NCBI GenBank assembly: GCA_030693205.1 | Contig: JAUYBG010000011.1 | Span: 1 to 54,792 of the forward strand | DNA length: 54,792 nucleotides | Reading direction: 5' to 3' | From: a bacterium | GTDB lineage: Bacteria > Patescibacteriota > Minisyncoccia > JAHIHE01 | In this document: piece after piece, positions 9,115 through 18,557 of the stretch | How positions within the stretch are numbered: the first letter of the stretch is position 1 | Layout of the letters: each line of letters starts with the position of its first letter | The notes under the pieces: generated by a model | Seen by the model: only the letters and a program-made list of their open reading frames with translations | What the model was told of the DNA's origin: nothing | The model's database searches: none | Position numbers and translations under genes: made by a program

Positions 9115-9540
9115 TTATCTTCCCAATATCTTCCAAAGTTTCCGAAAACCTTCCTTGCTGGTATCATATTTTAACAAGCTTAGCGCTTCTTTAAAATCCA
9201 CCCAGCGATATTCGGTATGTTCGGGGCTGAAGACAATTTCAGTGTCCGGCCCCACTTCCACCGCGTAAACATTTTCCACCAGCTCCCCCAAATGCGGCAA
9301 AGAAAAAGAAAAAGAATATTTTAAATTTATAATTTTTTGATACTCGCCGATTCCAGTCTCTTCTTTCAATTCCCTCTTAAGCGCGCTTATTTCGCTCTCC
9401 TTTTCCCGCACTCCGCCGGTCACCGACTGCCAAAACCCTCCCCTATCTTCCCGCCTTTTGAGAACCAAAAATTTATACTCGCCGTTTTCTTTTTTAAACA
9501 CGATGCAATTTATTTGCGAAACGCGATCTTTGGCAAACAT
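9115..9540 (-). CDS. NUDIX hydrolase
   Basis: Nudix box GGVREKESEISALKRELKEETGI (Gx5Ex7REUxEExGU) in a 141-aa ORF. Confidence 0.85.
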   Translation of the reverse strand: MFAKDRVSQINCIVFKKENGEYKFLVLKRREDRGGFWQSVTGGVREKESEISALKRELKEETGIGEYQKIINLKYSFSFSLPHLGELVENVYAVEVGPDTEIVFSPEHTEYRWVDFKEALSLLKYDTSKEGFRKLWKILGR

Positions 9541-9570
9541 ACGATTGGTTTTATTAAAATGCTTTAACCT

Positions 9571-10449
9571 CTATAATATTGCGCCTCTGATCCACTCAAC
9601 CAAATAAGCCCAATAATCCCCCATTGTTTTTGCCAAGCTGCCGCTTTCGTGGCTTTTTTCCGAAACCGCTGGCGGATAATTTTTTTTAGCTTCTTCACCA
9701 TTGGAACTATTATCGCTGTTAATTTCGGTTGGGGTAGGACTTATTTTAATTTCAGGTTCATCTATCTTGTTTAACTCATTCTTACTCTCGTCACTACTGT
9801 CTGTCTTCTTTATTTCCGGACTGGTAAAAATCGCGACTCGCCTGCCCTTGCTTAGATCGGTGGAATTATAATCGCGCATGGCCTTTTCAATGGTCGCATA
9901 AGAATATTGATAATTATGTCCGCGATAAGTGCCGGGCTCCTGCACGATGAACATTTTTTTAGCGTCATCGTAGCCGGAAATCACAAAAACATGATAGTGA
10001 GAAGTCGTAAAATATCGATTGTTCAGCTTTCTTCCGTCTGTCGGCAATATTACAGGATGATCATTGTCTATTTCGTCTTTAATTTGCTCGATCGTCGGAT
10101 TTTCAACGATTCGGGCTTTCCAGTTTAAGAAATTATTTATCAGATCAACGATCTTTTCCGCGCCCTCATCAAGGCTCCGGCCATAGGCTTTTTCTTTTAT
10201 GGCAAAAATCCTTAATATTTCTTTTTTTGCGATCGCGTTCGTCAAAGTTCTGTTATTGTAAAAACTATCAACTATCACGATCGAGGCTTCTTCGCAATCA
10301 TTATACCAAGGCTCGCTCCAGTTGCCTTCCGGCGCCTGGGAAGTAAAACTCATTTTCAAGGACATTCCGGAAGCCAAAAAACCAAATAAAATAAGCGTTA
10401 TCAAACTGACAGCCTGTCTTCCTGTTTTTGATTTTGTGATTATTCGCAT
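9571..10449 (-). CDS. Secreted/anchored C39-like cysteine peptidase-domain protein (putative)
   Basis: N-terminal signal anchor. FTSQAPEGNWSEPWYNDCEEASIVIV and HYHVFVISGYDD resemble the Peptidase_C39_2-type Cys/His pattern. Low-complexity C-terminal tail. Confidence 0.55.
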   Translation of the reverse strand: MRIITKSKTGRQAVSLITLILFGFLASGMSLKMSFTSQAPEGNWSEPWYNDCEEASIVIVDSFYNNRTLTNAIAKKEILRIFAIKEKAYGRSLDEGAEKIVDLINNFLNWKARIVENPTIEQIKDEIDNDHPVILPTDGRKLNNRYFTTSHYHVFVISGYDDAKKMFIVQEPGTYRGHNYQYSYATIEKAMRDYNSTDLSKGRRVAIFTSPEIKKTDSSDESKNELNKIDEPEIKISPTPTEINSDNSSNGEEAKKNYPPAVSEKSHESGSLAKTMGDYWAYLVEWIRGAIL

Positions 10450-10530
10450 GCTAATCTAAAATAAAGATATAATCGCAGTATAACAAAAAAAACAAAAAAA
10501 TTCTAATTTTAAAGCCGGCAAAAACGCCGA

Positions 10531-10555
10531 AATAAAAAACAGGATAAATCCTGTT
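10531..10555 (-). terminator. Rho-independent terminator of the small zinc-ribbon gene
   Basis: Minus strand reads AACAGGAT-TTA-TCCTGTT followed by TTTTTTATTT. Confidence 0.65.
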
Positions 10556-10559
10556 AAAA

Positions 10560-10748
10560 TTAGCCGCCAACGAATATCATCGCTTCAGTTGAAACCTCTT
10601 TTCCGATTTTACGCTCGTGCAGCGTTACGCAACTGCCTTGGCAAAAAGTTTCTCCTTTTTTACTTACACTGATTATTTCGCTCGGCACAAAATTTTTCCC
10701 GCACTGTGTACAATTTGTCTTTGATCCTTTATACTCTTTTCCTTTCAT
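10560..10748 (-). CDS. Small zinc-ribbon protein (CxxC ... CxxxC), hypothetical
   Basis: The ORF track starts at 10754, but GGAGG (10756-10760) lies 7 nt upstream of the ATG at 10748 and only 1 nt from 10754, so 10748 is preferred. Cys pattern CTQCGK...CQGSC. Confidence 0.6.
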   Translation of the reverse strand: MKGKEYKGSKTNCTQCGKNFVPSEIISVSKKGETFCQGSCVTLHERKIGKEVSTEAMIFVGG

Positions 10749-10772
10749 TAACATTCCTCCTTAAGTATAAAA

Positions 10773-10800
10773 ATTATACACTAAATTGCGTAAATGTCAA
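10773..10800 (-). promoter_or_regulatory. Sigma-70-type promoter, TTGACA-16-TATAAT
   Basis: Minus strand reads TTGACATTTACGCAATTTAGTGTATAAT. It is positioned upstream of the Shine-Dalgarno site and ATG of the 10748 gene. Confidence 0.6.
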
Positions 10801-10892
10801 TGCAACGGGTTTATTAAACTTGCTCTAGCAAAAAAACGCCGCTTTGGCGATAAAAAAAATGCCCTGGTTAAGAGCATCCGGCTTTATAGAAT

Positions 10893-11330
10893 TTATAAAT
10901 CTTCCTCCGAAATAACTTTAATTCCGTGTTTCTTAAGCAAAGCGGTTGTTATGCCGTCGCCTTTTACAACTGTACCGGAAAAATATCCGTCATAAATTTG
11001 TCCTGAACCGCAGGAAGGACTTCTTTGCTTGAAAATCGCTTCTTTAATCCCTAGCAACTCGGCGATTTTCAGAACTTCTTCCGCGCCTTTTTTAAAGTGA
11101 GTGGTAGCCTCCATAACTCCACGCTCATCAACTTTCATAAAAACTTTTTTCCCGCGTTGTTCCGAAGGATACCTGGGCGTGGCTAATCCGCCCAATTGTT
11201 CCGGACAAACCGGAATTAAAATTTCTTTTTTCGCCAATTCGATGACTTTCTCGTTGCGGTTATTCTTGCCGTTCCATTTGCAATTTACGCCCAGCAAACA
11301 AGCGCTGCAAAGCCTTACTTTTTTATTCAT
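10893..11330 (-). CDS. DUF523 family protein (2-thiouracil desulfurase-like)
   Basis: CSACLLGVNCKWNGK and PVCPEQLGGLATPR are the family-typical Cys motifs. GGAGG lies 7 nt upstream of the start. Confidence 0.8.
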   Translation of the reverse strand: MNKKVRLCSACLLGVNCKWNGKNNRNEKVIELAKKEILIPVCPEQLGGLATPRYPSEQRGKKVFMKVDERGVMEATTHFKKGAEEVLKIAELLGIKEAIFKQRSPSCGSGQIYDGYFSGTVVKGDGITTALLKKHGIKVISEEDL

Positions 11331-11512
11331 ATTTAAACCTCCTATTATATTATTCAGTTTATAGGATTAAAAAGAAAAAGTAAAGGGTACAAACACTGCA
11401 AGCTCTTGAGTTTTATTTAAAAACCGCTGAAATGGCGATTCCTTATTGACATTTTCACAAAATCTGCTAGAGTAAAAATACTTCATGCTTGAAGCAGGAG
11501 GAATAACATAGA

Positions 11513-11974
11513 ATGGCAATTGATACCGACGCGGCTATCGCGAGAAATAGAGAAAGAGAATTGCGAGAAAATTTGGAAAAAATTTCCAAAAAACTAACAA
11601 AAGGAGGCAATGATTCCACTGAAGCGCTTTACCAATTACAAGAAGTGCTGGATAGATCGGACACATTCGGCCTCGCCGGAAAAATAAATCCAAGACTGGT
11701 TTCTGTAGTGTGGATCTTGAAAAAATTTATCCACGACCTTTGGACAAATATGGGTGGGGATAACCCGGGCTTCCCAAAAGACGAAGGAACGCAGATTCTC
11801 CAGGATATCGCAAGACATCTCGGCGTATTTATCCAAAACTCCCTGTTCAGAAACAGGCCCAGGGATTCTATAGGAACTTTTGAAGATGTAATAAAGTCTT
11901 ATTATGCCTTGCTGCACCTCGCCGAAGAATACTATAAAAAAGAGGATCGCAGAAAAGAATTCGTGGTGCTCTAA
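11513..11974 (+). CDS. Hypothetical protein (153 aa)
   Basis: AGGAGG at 11496-11501. A TTGACA-like -35 lies upstream. No recognisable motif. Confidence 0.6.
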   Translation: MAIDTDAAIARNRERELRENLEKISKKLTKGGNDSTEALYQLQEVLDRSDTFGLAGKINPRLVSVVWILKKFIHDLWTNMGGDNPGFPKDEGTQILQDIARHLGVFIQNSLFRNRPRDSIGTFEDVIKSYYALLHLAEEYYKKEDRRKEFVVL

Positions 11975-12127
11975 TCCGGCAAGGATTTACCCGACAGTGA
12001 AATCGATTATTCACTGTTTTTTTTAATGTATCTAATCTCGTATTTAGTAAATGCTAAAATACTAAAACTTGTATTGACACTGCTTTAATTTTGTTATAAT
12101 ATAATTTTAATTGGAGGTATACAATAA

Positions 12128-12388
12128 ATGCCGGAAAAAAAATCTGATGTGAATAGCGAAGAAAATATCCAAGCTTTGATGAAATGGCTGTATGAGGAAC
12201 AATTGCTTAGAGGTCCAGCGAGACTTGACCTTCTTCCTTCTCTCGCAAAAACCGCCGGGAAAAAAGTGTCATGGCATAGCATAACTGCCGCGGTTGAAAA
12301 TCTAATCAAAAAAGAAAAAGTAAAATTAATGATTTTGGGCGGCGGCGACAACGCATGGGGAATAGGAAAAGTGGAAAAAATTCCTTAA
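12128..12388 (+). CDS. Hypothetical small protein (86 aa)
   Basis: TTGACA 12074-12079, TATAAT 12095-12100, GGAGG 12113-12117, terminator directly downstream. Confidence 0.55.
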   Translation: MPEKKSDVNSEENIQALMKWLYEEQLLRGPARLDLLPSLAKTAGKKVSWHSITAAVENLIKKEKVKLMILGGGDNAWGIGKVEKIP

Positions 12389-12406
12389 ACTTCAATTTCG
12401 TCTTTT

Positions 12407-12438
12407 AGGTTCAGAATAATTACTGAACCTTGTTTTTT
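12407..12438 (+). terminator. Rho-independent terminator
   Basis: AGGTTCAG-AATAATTA-CTGAACCT followed by TGTTTTTT. Confidence 0.7.
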
Positions 12439-12545
12439 ATTATACTTTTTTAATTTACAGCTTAGTTTTGTTAAACCAAAAAAAACCACCATTCGCTTTG
12501 TTTAGCTCATTGGTGGCAAAGTATTCTTAAAATCTTAGCTTTTGC

Positions 12546-12749
12546 TTATATGTGTATGGTAACTTCTTCGTCAGCCAAAATTGCCTGATATGTTCCTTCT
12601 GTTATAAACGCGTTTTTGAGATGATCTTCCAGACTTTCCACATAATAACCATCTCCGTCAGCAGCCGGTCTAAGCCTGATACCAGCGTATGTTTCTCCCT
12701 CTCTGTCGTCTTCTATTTTAATCTTTTTAAATGTTCTAAATTCTCCCAT
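12546..12749 (-). CDS. Hypothetical small acidic protein (67 aa)
   Basis: GGAGG (12758-12762) lies 8 nt upstream. A hairpin plus T8 sits downstream on the minus strand (about 12484-12520). Confidence 0.55.
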   Translation of the reverse strand: MGEFRTFKKIKIEDDREGETYAGIRLRPAADGDGYYVESLEDHLKNAFITEGTYQAILADEEVTIHI

Positions 12750-12821
12750 TGCATAAACCTCCTTAGAATACAGTAAATGTATAACAAATTAAGTAAATGT
12801 CAAGACCGTTAAAATAATTTC

Positions 12822-14363
12822 TTATTTATTCGCTTTTTTTCTCTTCATGATCCTGAAAAATCCGTATACATCAAGAAGCAAAGCGGCGCCGAAGATCGAA
12901 GTGAATTTCCAATAATTTTTTTCCGATTCATTAAGGTCTTTGATCGGCCGATCGGTGATGCTTTTGGCGCGGATGGAAGACAAATTGACCGAATTGGAAA
13001 CCGAATCGATAAGATTCATAAAAAATGTTTTATTGTCGGGAGCATTTCCCATAAAATCAGGCAAGACGAAAAACGAGCCTCCCGCCACAAAAACCGAACC
13101 GCTTTTTGAATCTTTTTCTTTCGGAGCCGCAAAAGCGACGATGGTTTTTTTCGCTCCTTTTGGAGCAGGCAGAGCGGCATCGGGCAATAAAGTAAAAGTG
13201 CCGGAAACAGAATCGGATTGATCGCTTGAAGTGACCAGGGCTTTGGGAGAGTAATCCGCGCTATCCGCGAGCGTCAAAGAAGACACCCATGGGAATATTA
13301 TCGCTTGAAGGCCCGCGAGCGAAGCGCTGTCGCCAAAATTCTCTTTTTGCGCCCGGACGAAAAAAGGATATGGCTTGCTCACGGTGAAAAAACCCTGGCT
13401 GTAAGTAATACTGGAATTATACCGGTCATGGATCAGGTCTTCATTGATCGTCACGCCATAATTTTTGGTCAACTCGTTTATATTATTTTTGATTGGCGTG
13501 ACGGTTAAATTATTTTTTGTATCAACGTTTATGGCTTCCGCCAAAACGATCAAATTCCCGCCGTTTTTCACGTAATCATTTATCACCGCGATCTCGTCTT
13601 TGGTTATTTCCGCCGCCGGTCCGGCAATGATCAGAGTCTTCGGACTGACAAAGACTTGCTCGGATTTTTCGCCTTCCTTGGCCGGCGCTTTTTCATAATA
13701 AAATCCTTTTTTGCTCCCCGCGCTCATTATTTTTACGGAAGAAACGTTATAATACTTCTCCAGTCCCGCGATCGCGACCTGCTTTTCTCCGTGTCCCGAA
13801 AGAAACGCCAGGTTTTCTTTGCTTTCCCGCGAAACGGAATAAACGGCTAAAATAAAATCATATTCAATATTGGCAACCGACTGGATCAGAGGAATGGCTT
13901 CTTTGTTCACTTTATCCCCTTCGCCGGCAGTGATCTCCGCGCCAAAAAATCCCTGTTTCACTTCATATTTATCCTTCGCGATCACGTTGAATTGCATTTG
14001 GGGAATTCCTTTTTGAGCCAGTTCCGTAACTTTTTCCTGATTATTCTCGGGAGCTTCATAGGAGATCGCGAGCTTTGCGCCCGCAATATCCTGATACTGA
14101 TTCATTATATCTTCCAATTGTGTTTTTACATTTGCCAGATCAACCGGCAGATCTTTGGAAATATAGAATTTCACGCTCACGTCTTTCGTGAGATTTTTCA
14201 AAATATTTTTCGTCGCCTCCGACGTCGTATAGATTTTTTCCCGGGTCAGATCCAGATAAATATATTTTTGCGCCACTAAAATATTTACGCCGATCAAAAG
14301 CGCCAGCAAGAGCAGCACCGAGCTTAACGATTGATCAAATATATTTTTGTTTATTAATTTCAT
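12822..14363 (-). CDS. GldG-like ABC-transporter auxiliary protein (ABC_transp_aux)
   Basis: 513 aa with N- and C-terminal TM helices and a large external domain. It is the last gene of an ATPase-permease-auxiliary operon, the gldA/F/G-type arrangement. Confidence 0.7.
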   Translation of the reverse strand: MKLINKNIFDQSLSSVLLLLALLIGVNILVAQKYIYLDLTREKIYTTSEATKNILKNLTKDVSVKFYISKDLPVDLANVKTQLEDIMNQYQDIAGAKLAISYEAPENNQEKVTELAQKGIPQMQFNVIAKDKYEVKQGFFGAEITAGEGDKVNKEAIPLIQSVANIEYDFILAVYSVSRESKENLAFLSGHGEKQVAIAGLEKYYNVSSVKIMSAGSKKGFYYEKAPAKEGEKSEQVFVSPKTLIIAGPAAEITKDEIAVINDYVKNGGNLIVLAEAINVDTKNNLTVTPIKNNINELTKNYGVTINEDLIHDRYNSSITYSQGFFTVSKPYPFFVRAQKENFGDSASLAGLQAIIFPWVSSLTLADSADYSPKALVTSSDQSDSVSGTFTLLPDAALPAPKGAKKTIVAFAAPKEKDSKSGSVFVAGGSFFVLPDFMGNAPDNKTFFMNLIDSVSNSVNLSSIRAKSITDRPIKDLNESEKNYWKFTSIFGAALLLDVYGFFRIMKRKKANK

Positions 14364-14494
14364 AGATTTAGGGCTTGTGCGTTTGAATGCAGATTGAGAA
14401 AAAACCGAGGCTTTGTACGAAACTTACTTAATGGTAAGTTGAGCGCAAAACACAGATTTTGACAAAAATATGCGCCAAACGCATAAGTCCTGGA

Positions 14495-15211
14495 TTATTT
14501 CCAATTTCTTAAGCTAATTACCCTGGCATTCAGGAATAAAAAGAAAGCGATGACCGATAAATAATAAACCACGTCCCCGAGAGAGATCACGCCGCGCAAA
14601 ATTGAATTGAAATGCGCGCTAAAACTTAAAAACTTTGCCACGCTCGCGATCGCAATCGGCAGCGAACCGATTATAAAAGAATTGCCGACGATGTAAAATC
14701 CGAAAATGATCACCACGGCAAGGATGAAAGACACGATCTGATTCTTGGTTATGGAAGAAACCCAAAGCCCCACCGCGATATAAGAAGCCCCGAGCAAAAG
14801 CGAGCCGATATAACCGGCAAAGATCACTCCCTTGTCCGGCGTTCCCAAGCTAGAAACCATCATTGGGATCGCTACTGTCAACAAAACCATTACCGCGAGA
14901 AAAATAAAGCTTGAAACAAATTTAGCCAGAACCAACTCGGAACTTTTTACCGGAAAAGTGGTCAGCACTTCGATCGTACCGCTTCGCTTTTCCTCGGACC
15001 ACGCCGCCATTGTCGAGGCCGGCAAGAAAAACATAAAAATAACCGGCAACAGGTCAAAAAATTCCCTCATCGAGGCCTGCGCGCTAAGAAAAAAAGTCTG
15101 AATAAAAAGCCATCCGCTGATAACCAAAAATACCGAGATCACCACATAACCCAGAGGCGATATGAAATAAGAATTCAGCTCTTTTTTTACCAAAGTAAGA
15201 ACCCTGCTCAT
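14495..15211 (-). CDS. ABC-2 type transporter permease (GldF-like)
   Basis: 238 aa with six hydrophobic segments. Its start overlaps the ATPase stop in TAATG (15209-15213). Confidence 0.8.
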   Translation of the reverse strand: MSRVLTLVKKELNSYFISPLGYVVISVFLVISGWLFIQTFFLSAQASMREFFDLLPVIFMFFLPASTMAAWSEEKRSGTIEVLTTFPVKSSELVLAKFVSSFIFLAVMVLLTVAIPMMVSSLGTPDKGVIFAGYIGSLLLGASYIAVGLWVSSITKNQIVSFILAVVIIFGFYIVGNSFIIGSLPIAIASVAKFLSFSAHFNSILRGVISLGDVVYYLSVIAFFLFLNARVISLRNWK

Positions 15212-16131
15212 TAATTTTTGGTTAGATTGATAAACACATCTTCGAGATCCGTTTGTTTGCGCACGAAATCCAAAAGGCCGGCTCCTTCCCCGACTACCAG
15301 GCTCGCAACATCTTTCCTGATATCATTTTCCACGCTTGTCTCAACAACTATTTTATTTCCTTCGGACTTTACTTTTTTAACCCCGTTGAGAGATTTAAGC
15401 TTGGCAATGAGTTCAGGGGTTATTTTTTCCACTTCAATATTAATGATCGTTTTTCCTTTTTCCTCTTTTATCAGATCTTCCGGCGTGCCATCAGCCACAA
15501 TGCGCCCTTTATTGATGATCAAAACCCTGGAGCAAGTCGCCTGAACCTCGCTCAACACATGGCTCGAAAGTATTACGGTTTTTGACTTGCCTATTTCTTT
15601 GATCAGATCCCTGATCTCGATCCTTTGATTGGGATCAAGTCCCGTAGTCGGCTCGTCCAGGATCACGATTTTCGGATCGTGGATCAAGGCCTGGGCGATC
15701 CCCGTGCGCTGGCGATAGCCTTTGGAAAGAGTGGAAATCTCGGAATTTTTCTTTTCCTTGAGCCCGCATTTTTTTAATACATACAAGATCCTTTCATCCA
15801 GATCGTTCTCCGGAATGCCCTGCATCTTGCCGACGAATTCCAAATATTCCCTTACGGTCAAATCCTCATAGAGTGGAGCGTGTTCGGGAAGATACCCGAT
15901 CTTGCTTTTGATATTCTCGTGATTGGTGAAATCGCTTATATCCAAGCCATCGATCAAAACCTCTCCGTCATCCGCTTTAAGAAAAGTGACTAAAATCCTC
16001 AAAAGAGTGGTCTTGCCCGCGCCGTTCGGCCCGAGAATTCCGACAACTTCGCCTTCTTTCATTTCAAAAGAAACGCCATTGAGCGCCGCCACTTCCCCGT
16101 ATTTTTTGACCAAGCTTTCTACTTTTATCAT
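15211..16131 (-). CDS. ABC transporter ATP-binding protein (GldA-like)
   Basis: Walker A GPNGAGKTT, signature LSKGYRQR, Walker B ILDEPTTGLD. Confidence 0.92.
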   Translation of the reverse strand: MIKVESLVKKYGEVAALNGVSFEMKEGEVVGILGPNGAGKTTLLRILVTFLKADDGEVLIDGLDISDFTNHENIKSKIGYLPEHAPLYEDLTVREYLEFVGKMQGIPENDLDERILYVLKKCGLKEKKNSEISTLSKGYRQRTGIAQALIHDPKIVILDEPTTGLDPNQRIEIRDLIKEIGKSKTVILSSHVLSEVQATCSRVLIINKGRIVADGTPEDLIKEEKGKTIINIEVEKITPELIAKLKSLNGVKKVKSEGNKIVVETSVENDIRKDVASLVVGEGAGLLDFVRKQTDLEDVFINLTKN

Positions 16132-16327
16132 AATTATCGAAAAAGAAAAACCGCGTTTATTAAATTCGTTAATATAATAAACTACGATTTGTAGTTACTG
16201 TATCAATTTTATAACAGGTTTTTATTTTGGTCAAGAGATACGGCGCCAACGATCATAATTTGGCCAAAAAAAATACGGGTCTTAACTGTTCAGCAGTCAA
16301 TTCCCGCAATATGATATGGGTAAATTA

Positions 16328-17215
16328 TTACCCCAATTTCAAGATTCTTCCTCCCGGAAAAATACTTCTTATCGCGTTTTCCAGCGTTCCCCCCCGACAC
16401 GCCGCAGGTCCTCTGTTTGATAGTTGTGCCTTATTTTCTATTAAAGTATCCGGATTAAATGGTTCCGCGTAAACCTCTCCGTCAAAACAAATTACCCCCG
16501 CGCCATCCGCTACCGGACTTTCGTCTATCGCTTTTTTTAAAGTGATCAGGAAATCAAGTTGCGGTTTTGCAGCTTCGTCAACTATTGTAAAAATCCCGCG
16601 CGCCAAAAGGTCGCAAAGCAGCTTAACGGCTTCTTCGTTTTTAGGGTTGATATCCCCGAAAAGCACAGTCGTATTAAGCGCTTCTTCGACAAATTCTTCC
16701 GGACTGAAAACAATTTTTGCCTCGGAAATTCCGTGCAAAAAATGCATTACATTATCGGGAATTTCATCCGATAATCCTTCCGGGATAAATATATTTTTTA
16801 TTCTTGGCCTTATGGTCAACCTGTCTTCCTCCTGCTGAATTCCGTACGAGTTAAGAAACCCCGTAATCATGTAATAGTTTTTTTCGCCAAAAACAATGCT
16901 TACCTCTTTTTCTCCGGGATAAACAGTTTCATTTATCAGGCTTTCCCAGGCCGCAAGCACTCTTTTTATGTCTTTACATTTTTTGATCCCGACAATCTTT
17001 CTTACTCTGCCGGTGTCTGCAATGAGCCTCGTAAGACTAGATTGATGACTGTAGTACTGCCGCACCGCAGTCGTTTGCCGGTTTATTATTCCTAAAATTA
17101 TTTCTCGGGCATTGTCCACACTGCTTACCCTTTTAATAATTTCAAATTCCCATTTACTGATCAATCCGTTCGCCAGCATTTTTTCTATTATATCGTAGCT
17201 TTCTCTGTCAAACAT
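16328..17215 (-). CDS. Hypothetical protein (295 aa from the preferred start)
   Basis: The ORF track starts at 17248. GGAGG (17223-17227) lies 7 nt upstream of the ATG at 17215 (MFDRESY...). A TTGACA-17-TATATT promoter lies upstream. No recognisable motif. Confidence 0.6.
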   Translation of the reverse strand: MFDRESYDIIEKMLANGLISKWEFEIIKRVSSVDNAREIILGIINRQTTAVRQYYSHQSSLTRLIADTGRVRKIVGIKKCKDIKRVLAAWESLINETVYPGEKEVSIVFGEKNYYMITGFLNSYGIQQEEDRLTIRPRIKNIFIPEGLSDEIPDNVMHFLHGISEAKIVFSPEEFVEEALNTTVLFGDINPKNEEAVKLLCDLLARGIFTIVDEAAKPQLDFLITLKKAIDESPVADGAGVICFDGEVYAEPFNPDTLIENKAQLSNRGPAACRGGTLENAIRSIFPGGRILKLG

Positions 17216-17347
17216 TTTCTTTCCTCCTTTTTTTGTTCTTTTCTCCATTAATCCGACTTTTCATAGGTTTTTAGGGTACAACTCCTCAAAATCAGATATT
17301 TTAATATATCAGATATACAGACTATTGTCAATTATAATCTATGGTAA

Positions 17348-17575
17348 AAATATGATGACGTTTCCGGTCAGTGGACTACATTTTACAAAGTTGATCTTGT
17401 CACCACGGGCGGGCGCGAGGAAGGATATAAAACTTATTCCTTTATAAAAAATATCGCGCTCGGCGAATGGCGCGTGAATGTGGAGACCGCTGATCACAAG
17501 GTCATCGGCCGCTTGCGTTTTAACGTGATCCGAGTAGATTCCGAACCGGCCTTAAAAAGTGAGGTTTTGGACTAA
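17348..17575 (+). pseudogene. Start-less 3' fragment (76 codons) of a DUF2914-like gene, copy 1
   Basis: An open frame from just after an in-frame TAA to a TAA stop reads ...GQWTTFYKVDLVTTGGREEGYKTYSFIKNIALGEWRVNVETADHKVIGRLRFNVIRVDSEPALKSEVLD*. It has no start codon. The GxWRVxV...F.V pattern resembles DUF2914. Confidence 0.6.
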
Positions 17576-17808
17576 ATGAAATGTTTTTGACATTTCAAGC
17601 AAAAAAAATCCGAAGTCTTGAAAAACTCCGGTCGTTTTTAATATTTTGACTTAATTTGATTTGACTCGATTTATTCTTTATTTTTTATTTCCTCCTGTTT
17701 TTTTAATTCTATGATTTAATATTTTGTTCCGATAGTAATAATTGTTTATTGTTCTTGTTAAATAATGTGTTTTATGGTAGTATTTTAATATAAAAAAATA
17801 AACATATT

Positions 17809-18420
17809 ATGATTAATGATAAAATAGTATCTACAAAAGTAATTTTAGGTATAATGGTTTTGGTTGCCCTAGGTGTAATAACATATTATTTTATTATGCT
17901 TAAAAAAAACCCGCCGATAGCGGTAAAACCTACTCCCAGTACTGCAATAGTACCATCAATAAGTCCGGCATTGACCCCAACACCGAGTATTGATATTTCC
18001 GAGTGGAAGACTTATACAAATGAAAAATATGGGTTTGAAATAAAATACCCGGAAGATACGACAGTTGCTGAAAATTTTAACATGGGGATTATAAAAAATC
18101 CTTTTGGTGTAAGTTTTTTAAAACAAAACCAGACTGATACTGATATATTTTATTCTTTGTATATAATTGATAAAAATCAGCCTCGAGAAATGCAAAATTT
18201 TTTTGACAATTCAGAAGTTTATAAAAAAAATGATGAAGTTAAAACAATTACTATAGATAATATGGAATGGAAAAGTTATGATTATACGGGCGGAGAAGGC
18301 GGTCCGGAACCGTTACATTTTATTTTAAATACCGATAATTTAATATTTGAGATTATTTCATCCGACGATTCATATTCAAATGTTATCAAAACCCTTTCCA
18401 CATTTAGACTCTCAAAGTAA
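17809..18420 (+). CDS. Membrane-anchored secreted hypothetical protein
   Basis: N-terminal TM helix, Pro/Thr/Ser linker, then WKTYTNEKYGFEIKYPED. That motif recurs in the 23235-23978 product. Confidence 0.65.
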   Translation: MINDKIVSTKVILGIMVLVALGVITYYFIMLKKNPPIAVKPTPSTAIVPSISPALTPTPSIDISEWKTYTNEKYGFEIKYPEDTTVAENFNMGIIKNPFGVSFLKQNQTDTDIFYSLYIIDKNQPREMQNFFDNSEVYKKNDEVKTITIDNMEWKSYDYTGGEGGPEPLHFILNTDNLIFEIISSDDSYSNVIKTLSTFRLSK

Positions 18421-18557
18421 TGGTGGACTTTAAAATGATAAAAATTCCCTGCCAAGTTTTTGACAGGGATTTATTTTTGTATTTTAGAGATTTTACTGTT
18501 TTTAGCTTATAGAATATCCTCCTGCTTCCTATAGGGCATTATTGATTTGTTTTTCCT

